NCBI GenBank assembly: GCA_034408725.1
Contig: JAWXCN010000042.1
Location: forward strand, 1-13,360
Origin: Candidatus Hydrogenedentota bacterium
GTDB taxonomy: Bacteria > Hydrogenedentota > Hydrogenedentia > Hydrogenedentales > SLHB01
DNA length: 13,360 nt
Reading direction: 5' to 3'
Made by a program: the position numbers and the translations under genes. Shown piece after piece: positions 7,919-13,360 of the stretch; position 1 is the stretch's first letter; every line of letters starts with the position of its first letter. A model generated the notes under the pieces. That model saw nothing but the letters and a program-made list of their open reading frames with translations. It was not told the origin of the DNA and ran no database searches.

Positions 7919-8053
7919 TTAGATAACACCGCCAAGGTTCAGGAGCCAGATCAACAGCGTGTAGCCAAAGGTACTCGCAAACGAGGTAACTTGGCCAGCG
8001 ATGTCAAGACCGACAATCCCGAAGATCAGATTCAGAATGCTCGACAGATCCAT
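7919..8053 (-). CDS. Small hydrophobic protein, 44 aa (MDLSSILNLIFGIVGLDIAGQVTSFASTFGYTLLIWLLNLGGVI), unknown function
   Basis: Below the ORF-track size cutoff. AAGGAGGA RBS (8068-8061) lies 7 nt before ATG 8053, and the stop is TAA at 7921-7919. It has its own promoter upstream and a hairpin downstream. Confidence 0.8.
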   Translation of the reverse strand: MDLSSILNLIFGIVGLDIAGQVTSFASTFGYTLLIWLLNLGGVI

Positions 8054-8105
8054 GTGCGTATCCTCCTTCTCGACGTGCGCTTAATCCACGTGGTAACGCG
8101 CCGCC

Positions 8106-8135
8106 ATGCTACAGAAACCCCAAGGGATTTGTCAA
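8106..8135 (-). promoter_or_regulatory. Sigma70-type promoter of the 44-aa peptide gene
   Basis: Minus strand TTGACA (8135-8130), 18-nt spacer, TAGCAT (8111-8106). Confidence 0.65.
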
Positions 8136-8275
8136 GGCAGAGTTCACCGCCCAGCGCAGGGGTGGTATGCCGTCGCCAAATTCCCTGCTAGATATACGGG
8201 CCAATCGAGTTTTCGTTACTATTCGCCTGCTCGTGTATCATGCCTGCCTGCGAATCAAACAGCGAGGGAGCGGGC

Positions 8276-9754
8276 ATGGGCAAGCGGTATGTCCTGGCCT
8301 TGGACCAGGGGACGACGAGTTCGCGATCGATACTAGTCGATGAAGAAGGCCAAATCCGCTCGTCCGCCGGGCGCGAGTTTCCCCAGCATTATCCCAAACC
8401 CGGCTGGGTCGAACATGACCCCGAAGCAATTTGGCGATCGCAAATTGAAACGGCCCGCGCGGCCATCGTCAAAGCCAAGATAACAGCGGATGAAATCGCC
8501 GCAATCGGCATCGCCAACCAGCGCGAAACCACGATCGTCTGGGACCGCGCGACTGGCCAACCCATTCACAACGCAATTGTGTGGCAGTGCCGCCGCACGG
8601 CGGAGTTCTGCGATAGCCTGAAGGCCCAAGGGCTATCCGAAGAATTTCGCGAAAAAACCGGCCTGGTTATTGACGCTTATTTTTCCGGCACCAAAGCGCG
8701 CTGGCTGTTGGATCATGTTGACGGCGCACGCGCCCGGGCCACCCGTGGCGAGCTATGTTTTGGCACCATCGATAGCTGGTTGTTGTACCGGCTGACCGGA
8801 TGTCATGCAACGGACTATTCCAATGCTTCGCGAACCCTGATGTTTGATATTGGGTCATTGCGCTGGGACGATACGTTGCTGTCTTATCTCGATGTTCCGC
8901 GGGAAATACTTCCAGAAGTTTTGCCGACCAGCGGGCACTTTGGGACGACGTCCCTGTTTGGCCCTGACATTCCCGTCATGGCGCTTTGCGGTGATCAACA
9001 AAGCGCCCTTTTCGGCCAGGCGGCGTTCACCGCGGGAGAGTGCAAAAATACCTACGGCACGGGGTGTTTCGTACTTATGAATACCGGTGACCGGCTGGTC
9101 CGCTCCGACAACGGGCTCCTGACCACAATTGCCTGGGGGTTGGACGACAAGGTCACTTACGCGTTGGAGGGAAGTGTGTTCATCGGCGGTGCGGTCGTGC
9201 AATGGTTGCGGGACGAGTTGGGGTGGATTACCTCTGCCGGGGAAAGCGAATCTATCGCCTCGCAAGTAACTGATAGCGGAGGGGTTTACGTGGTTCCAGC
9301 CTTTGTCGGGCTAGGCGCTCCATATTGGGACATGCATGCACGAGGAACAATTACCGGGTTGACACGCGGATCCGGAAGAGCGCACATTGTGCGCGCTGCC
9401 TTGGAGTCCATTTCATTTCAATCGTCGGATGTAATTCACGCAATGGAACAGGACCTCCGTGAGACCATTCCTTCGCTAAAAGTGGATGGCGGCGCCTCGA
9501 CCAACGGCCTGTTGATGCAACACCAGGCGGATGTCCTTGGCATACCGGTAGTTCGCGGAAAAATTACCGAAACGACGGCGTTGGGAGCAGCGTTTCTGGC
9601 GGGGCTCGCAGTGGGTGTTTGGAAGAGCCAGGAAGAGCTTCGCGGCATCTGTAAACTGGATCGGGAGTTCGCACCGGCATGGAGCGAATCGGCCCGTGAA
9701 TCGGCCTTAAGTGCTTGGCGCAATGCTATACAACGCACGCTGTCCGGGACGTAA
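8276..9754 (+). CDS. glpK: Glycerol kinase
   Basis: ALDQGTTSSR, GWVEHDP, IANQRETT, AIVWQCRRT, DAYFSGTK, GDQQSALFGQ, KNTYGTGCF, PAFVGLGAPYWD, VDGGA and ETTALGAA. Start placed at ATG 8276 (MGKRYVLAL), after GAGGGAG. Confidence 0.97.
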   Translation: MGKRYVLALDQGTTSSRSILVDEEGQIRSSAGREFPQHYPKPGWVEHDPEAIWRSQIETARAAIVKAKITADEIAAIGIANQRETTIVWDRATGQPIHNAIVWQCRRTAEFCDSLKAQGLSEEFREKTGLVIDAYFSGTKARWLLDHVDGARARATRGELCFGTIDSWLLYRLTGCHATDYSNASRTLMFDIGSLRWDDTLLSYLDVPREILPEVLPTSGHFGTTSLFGPDIPVMALCGDQQSALFGQAAFTAGECKNTYGTGCFVLMNTGDRLVRSDNGLLTTIAWGLDDKVTYALEGSVFIGGAVVQWLRDELGWITSAGESESIASQVTDSGGVYVVPAFVGLGAPYWDMHARGTITGLTRGSGRAHIVRAALESISFQSSDVIHAMEQDLRETIPSLKVDGGASTNGLLMQHQADVLGIPVVRGKITETTALGAAFLAGLAVGVWKSQEELRGICKLDREFAPAWSESARESALSAWRNAIQRTLSGT

Positions 9755-9784
9755 TTTTCGAGGAGAAAAACACCAATAAAGTGT

Positions 9785-9813
9785 TTGCGTTCTACTGGGA
9801 CTCGTGCTACAAT
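9785..9813 (+). promoter_or_regulatory. Sigma70-type promoter with extended -10, downstream of the glpK stop
   Basis: TTGCGT (9785-9790), 17-nt spacer, TACAAT (9808-9813), with TG at 9805-9806 (TGn motif). Confidence 0.65.
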
Positions 9814-9819
9814 CATGAC

Positions 9820-9972
9820 GGTCAGCGCCACATGTGGCGTTTCTCCTTCCGCGGAGGCCACGGTACGAAAGTTCCGTGGTCTCTAAAACGACTCGCGGTC
9901 TGGAGTTATCCTTTAGGCTGCGGAGTTTCGATAGATTCGGACCGAAACCGCGCTCGGTTTCGGTCCCTTTTT
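9820..9972 (+). ncRNA. Putative ~150-nt small regulatory RNA (no family recognised)
   Basis: Bounded by the promoter and a terminator, with no credible ORF. Three hairpins (9825-9840; 9853-9884 with a GAAA loop; 9890-9927) and a pyrimidine-rich anti-SD-like linker TTTCTCCTTCC (9840-9850). Confidence 0.6.
9939..9972 (+). terminator. Intrinsic terminator
   Basis: GGACCGAAACCG-CGCT-CGGTTTCGGTCC is a 12-bp perfect stem followed by CTTTTT. The U tract is present only in the + orientation. Confidence 0.85.
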
Positions 9973-10579
9973 ATGCCTGTTTCACGGCTTTCGCCCACAG
10001 GTTCATACCCAATTCAAATGAGCCAATCGTGATTTCTTCTGGCTGAAACCCTCCCGCTAAAAACAGCCCCCGCAGCGATTCCCGGCTATAGGTCTGGGCG
10101 TGCTCATCGATTTCCTCGGGACTGACCAACCGCAATCGCGCCATTGTCCGCAGTATGCCGTCGGTCCACGCAGCGGGAGTGGTAACGACGAATATGCCTT
10201 CACTGTAGAGCACGCGGCGCACCTCACGAACAAGCCGCACCGCGACGTCGAATGGCACATGTTCTATCACGGCCAACATCGTCACCGCTTTGAAACTGCT
10301 GTCCGGAAATGGCAGAGGATCCGTCGAAATGATGTCATGCGCGATCAATTGAATCCCTCTGGTCCGAAGTTCCGCCTCGACGTGGCGCTCAAGGCCGACC
10401 CGTTTTTCCACGTTGACCTTCGACAGAAACAGTGGAAACGACCCGCAACCAATATCCAATACGCTGTCGATAATGGCCGTTGGATAAAGCAGCGATCTTG
10501 CCTTGTCGCTTCGTGCTCGCGCGAGGAGGCCTTCCAAAATGCCATGCCCGCGGGTGGCGCGGGGTACAGGGCTATTCAT
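9971..10579 (-). CDS. Class I SAM-dependent methyltransferase
   Basis: VLDIGCG, LPFPDSSFKAVTMLAVIEHV and EGIFVVTTP. Start placed at ATG 10579, overlapping the upstream gene's stop by 8 nt (ATGAATAG). Confidence 0.87.
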   Translation of the reverse strand: MNSPVPRATRGHGILEGLLARARSDKARSLLYPTAIIDSVLDIGCGSFPLFLSKVNVEKRVGLERHVEAELRTRGIQLIAHDIISTDPLPFPDSSFKAVTMLAVIEHVPFDVAVRLVREVRRVLYSEGIFVVTTPAAWTDGILRTMARLRLVSPEEIDEHAQTYSRESLRGLFLAGGFQPEEITIGSFELGMNLWAKAVKQA

Positions 10580-12068
10580 TTCCAGCACTCTGGAGGTTAT
10601 AGAGGTACACGCTGGATTCGGGAAAAAGCATTGAGTCGATGCGTTGCCCGTGTGAATCAAGGTGGGTGAGGAAAAACTTGGGTTCTTCACCGACAAGTTG
10701 GGCAGGCGTGGTGGCGATCAGAATCCACGCGCGCGGGTTGCCGTCTATCGCTTCGAGTTCCCGGATGTAATGCGACCAGTCGGCGCGCGAGGATACACCC
10801 TCGATCTCGGGGAAATCGCGGCCGTACGCGATCTCGTAATATTGAAACGGCGCAACTGCCCAGGGATAGACGTAGAGGCCATCGGCATCGCGCCAATGTT
10901 GCGACAAATACTGGAACGCGGGCCGAACGCCTTCCGGCGGTGGTTTTACGATGCCGCGAACGACAGCGGTTACGGGTTGCGCAAAAATAATTATCAACAG
11001 CATCACCCACACAAGCGTGCTCCGCGTTTGCGCGCGAAATGCGTCCCAGCCCGCGCCGGCAACTATCAAGACCAGCGGCGCGAGGAAAATAAGAAACCGT
11101 CCCATGAACGGATAGCGCTGAAGGCCGCTGACCAGCAGCGTGACCGCGATGGGCGCGAGCACGCACGCGAGCAACATCCGGTTGCGATTCCATAACGTAT
11201 GAACGCCGAGGACAAATAGGAATGCGCCAACGCCGGCCGCGGACATACCCACGGGTTCGGCGAATAGTTCGTAGTACGTGCGAATAAACCACGCGCCATC
11301 GGCAGCGGACGTAGGCGGGAGCGGCATGAAACGATCAAGCCACCAGGTTCGGACTTCCGCGTTCTCCGTGTTATGACGAAGCATGAGCTGGTAATTGATA
11401 GCGAAGCTTGCGAGCCACGCGACGCCGGCCGTGGCCAACGCCGCCGTTTGTTTTCCATCGCGCGCGCGCAACGCCGCCACAAAAAGTACGGAGCCAATAC
11501 CGATAAGCACGAAGATCGCGGGAAACGCGCTCCAGACCGCGAGCGCGCCGGCAAGTATGGCCAGGATCGTGCGGGCGACCGTCATGCGCGTTCCGTTGCG
11601 AGGAATCAATAGCACATAGAGCACGACTGCGACGAGCAGGTCCGTGGCATAGGCCTTGACTTCGCTCGCGTAGCGAATGATCGGCGTGGAGAGCGCGAAC
11701 ACGGCAAACGAAAACAGCGTCGCGTTGCGCGAGAGAAACCGCGACAGGAAAAGATACACAACGATGCAGGACGCAATCGATGCTAGAACCGGCACAAGCC
11801 GAAGCGCGTATTCGCTCGTGCCCATTGATTCGACGACAAACCGCTCGGCCCATAGGAACGCCAGCGGAGCGCCCTGTCCGTAATCCAACCGTTCGGTGAG
11901 TCCACCGTAACTCCTGCGAAGAATGCTCAATGCGAGATGCGCTTCGTCGAGCCAGATGGCTTTGTTGCGCGCGTATTCAATAATGCGAACGACAATCGCA
12001 ATGGCGATCAAGGTAATTTCCGCTTTTCCCCAACGGGCGCTTCCCGCATTATTCTCGGCGGCTGTCAT
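10572..12068 (-). CDS. GT-C fold membrane glycosyltransferase (PMT/ArnT, GT39-like)
   Basis: IWLDE motif after TM1, APLAF...SEYALRL, YASEVKAY, many hydrophobic segments and a soluble C-terminal domain. GGAG RBS upstream. Confidence 0.82.
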   Translation of the reverse strand: MTAAENNAGSARWGKAEITLIAIAIVVRIIEYARNKAIWLDEAHLALSILRRSYGGLTERLDYGQGAPLAFLWAERFVVESMGTSEYALRLVPVLASIASCIVVYLFLSRFLSRNATLFSFAVFALSTPIIRYASEVKAYATDLLVAVVLYVLLIPRNGTRMTVARTILAILAGALAVWSAFPAIFVLIGIGSVLFVAALRARDGKQTAALATAGVAWLASFAINYQLMLRHNTENAEVRTWWLDRFMPLPPTSAADGAWFIRTYYELFAEPVGMSAAGVGAFLFVLGVHTLWNRNRMLLACVLAPIAVTLLVSGLQRYPFMGRFLIFLAPLVLIVAGAGWDAFRAQTRSTLVWVMLLIIIFAQPVTAVVRGIVKPPPEGVRPAFQYLSQHWRDADGLYVYPWAVAPFQYYEIAYGRDFPEIEGVSSRADWSHYIRELEAIDGNPRAWILIATTPAQLVGEEPKFFLTHLDSHGQRIDSMLFPESSVYLYNLQSAGNE

Positions 12069-12248
12069 GCGGTCTCCATTCGAACTACCGTTCCCCCAAC
12101 TCTTTCGACTCGATATTGCCCAGCCGAGTGAAAGCCATGAGTACAGTACCGATCATAGACGCAGGAGTTCTATTTGCATAGTCTGCGCATAAATCGTTTG
12201 GCGTTGATTTTCCCGTGCATGGTGGCGCGTTGCTTTTCGGCGGCGGGA

Positions 12249-12277
12249 TTGTTCGCACCCTCCGCATGTGTTATGAT
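12249..12277 (+). promoter_or_regulatory. Putative ftsH promoter
   Basis: TTGTTC (12249-12254), 17-nt spacer, TATGAT (12272-12277), with TGn extension. Confidence 0.55.
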
Positions 12278-12334
12278 AGTGGATGCTGAAAGCGAGTATT
12301 TTTCTCGGCAGAACCTGAGGGCTTGGTTTACGTT

Positions 12335-13360
12335 ATGAATGGTTTTTTCAAGCAGGTCTCGCTATGGGTCGTCTTACTCATAATTTTGGTGCTCCTGCTC
12401 ACCACGCTCCAAAGTGGTCAAACCGGCAAGCTGCCAATCGGCGCTAACGATTTCGCCAAACAACTTGAGTCGGGCAACGTCAAGACTGTCCGCATCACTA
12501 CCCCCGAAACCGAAAAGGGGACGTATACCTTCAAGGGCGAGTTGAAACAGGAAATCGAGGGGCGCGGAAACAAGTTCTCGTTCCAGAACAATGAGATTCC
12601 CGAGGACTGGAAGCAACTGATGGCCTCGCAAGGCATCGAACCGCAGTGGACCAAGGGAAATGGGCTGCTCGGCATCCTGCTGGTCAACGTGATCCCGTTG
12701 CTGCTGATCGTGGGCTTGTTCTGGTTCTTCATGTTCCGCCAGATGCAGGGCGGCAGCAATAAGGCTATGTCGTTCGGCAAGAGCCGGGCGCGCCTGGTGA
12801 ACCACAGTGACAAAGTGGTTACGTTTGACGACGTGGCCGGCGTGGATGAAGCAAAAGAAGAACTTCAGGAAATCATCGAGTTCCTAAAGGAACCGAAAAA
12901 GTTTTCGCGCCTCGGGGGCAAAATTCCCAAAGGCGTGTTACTCGTTGGCCCTCCGGGATCGGGCAAAACCCTGCTCGCGCGCGCGGTCGCGGGCGAAGCG
13001 CACGTGCCCTTTTTCAGCATCAGCGGTTCGGACTTTGTCGAGATGTTTGTCGGCGTTGGCGCGAGCCGCGTGCGCGATTTGTTTCAGCAGGGACAAAAGC
13101 ACGCGCCGTGCATTATCTTCATCGATGAAATTGACGCGGTGGGCCGCCAACGCGGCGCGGGTCTGGGCGGTGGACATGATGAGCGCGAACAAACACTGAA
13201 CCAGTTACTCGTCGAGATGGACGGCTTCAACACGAGCGAAGGCGTCATCCTTATGGCGGCAACGAACCGGCCCGTCGTGCTCGTCCAGGCATCGCTGCGC
13301 CCCGGCCGCTGCGACCGGCAGATTGTCGTAGCAAATCCGGACATCAAGGGGCGTGAAGAC
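12335..13360 (+). CDS. ftsH: ATP-dependent zinc metalloprotease FtsH (5' part; runs off the window edge)
   Basis: Not in the ORF track. Translation from ATG 12335 gives two TM segments, then [25 protein letters not shown], Walker A GPPGSGKT, pore loop FVEMFVG, Walker B IIFIDE and [15 protein letters not shown]. Confidence 0.97.
   Translation, partial: MNGFFKQVSLWVVLLIILVLLLTTLQSGQTGKLPIGANDFAKQLESGNVKTVRITTPETEKGTYTFKGELKQEIEGRGNKFSFQNNEIPEDWKQLMASQGIEPQWTKGNGLLGILLVNVIPLLLIVGLFWFFMFRQMQGGSNKAMSFGKSRARLVNHSDKVVTFDDVAGVDEAKEELQEIIEFLKEPKKFSRLGGKIPKGVLLVGPPGSGKTLLARAVAGEAHVPFFSISGSDFVEMFVGVGASRVRDLFQQGQKHAPCIIFIDEIDAVGRQRGAGLGGGHDEREQTLNQLLVEMDGFNTSEGVILMAATNRPVVLVQASLRPGRCDRQIVVANPDIKGRED

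Noticed and set aside
7919-8053. Type IV pilin or double-glycine bacteriocin/pheromone precursor
   Set aside because: There is no basic leader or G|FxxxE prepilin motif, and the only GG is two residues from the C-terminus, leaving no core peptide.
9822-9850. Minus-strand gene starting at GGAAGGAGAAACGCCAC-ATG
   Set aside because: The frame stops after three codons (MWR). It is kept only as an alternative explanation for the anti-SD motif.
9850-9930. c-di-GMP-I (GEMM) riboswitch
   Set aside because: A GAAA-capped hairpin followed by a second stem is superficially similar, but the GGCAAA and GACGCAAA junction motifs are absent and no same-strand gene follows.
9715-10046. ORFs 9715..10032 and 9834..10046
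   Set aside because: They run through a strong terminator and antisense into the methyltransferase gene, with no recognisable protein features.
10580-10696. N-terminal extension of the second methyltransferase ORF
   Set aside because: It lies inside the GT-C coding region. ATG 10579, overlapping the GT-C stop, is the more plausible coupled start.
12220-12237. Sigma54 -24/-12 site upstream of ftsH
   Set aside because: The GG-to-GC spacing is 9 nt rather than the required 10.
12174-12338. 54-codon ORF with AGGAG, a TTG start and ATGA overlap with ftsH
   Set aside because: It spans the predicted ftsH promoter and reads like translated promoter DNA, with no other support.
12374-13347. Minus-strand and off-frame ORFs over ftsH, and similar shadow ORFs over comEC, glpK and the GT genes
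   Set aside because: These are antisense or alternative-frame shadows of well-supported genes in GC-rich DNA.

Overview
GC-rich bacterial chromosomal window made mostly of housekeeping and envelope genes. In order: the 5' part of an FprA-type ferredoxin-NADP reductase (-); a tightly packed + strand run of DUF433 antitoxin, DUF5615 PIN toxin, quercetinase-like bicupin, SAM methyltransferase and GtrB-like GT2; a TIGR02757/DUF2400 gene (-); comEC (-); glpK (+); a second methyltransferase and a GT-C glycosyltransferase (-); and the 5' part of ftsH (+). The most interesting signals are absent from the ORF track. (1) A complete small transcription unit (promoter, AAGGAGGA RBS, hairpin) encodes a 44-aa very hydrophobic peptide just upstream of comEC. 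(2) A roughly 150-nt promoter-to-terminator structured RNA candidate lies downstream of glpK, and its 5' part can pair with 18 of 19 nt of that peptide's RBS and start codon, suggesting an sRNA/small-peptide (type I TA-like) pair split by glpK. (3) Six REP-like palindromes occur as inverted pairs around the TIGR02757 gene, and a different GGAG-tagged hairpin appears to sit in frame inside that gene. All calls were made by eye; no database search was run.
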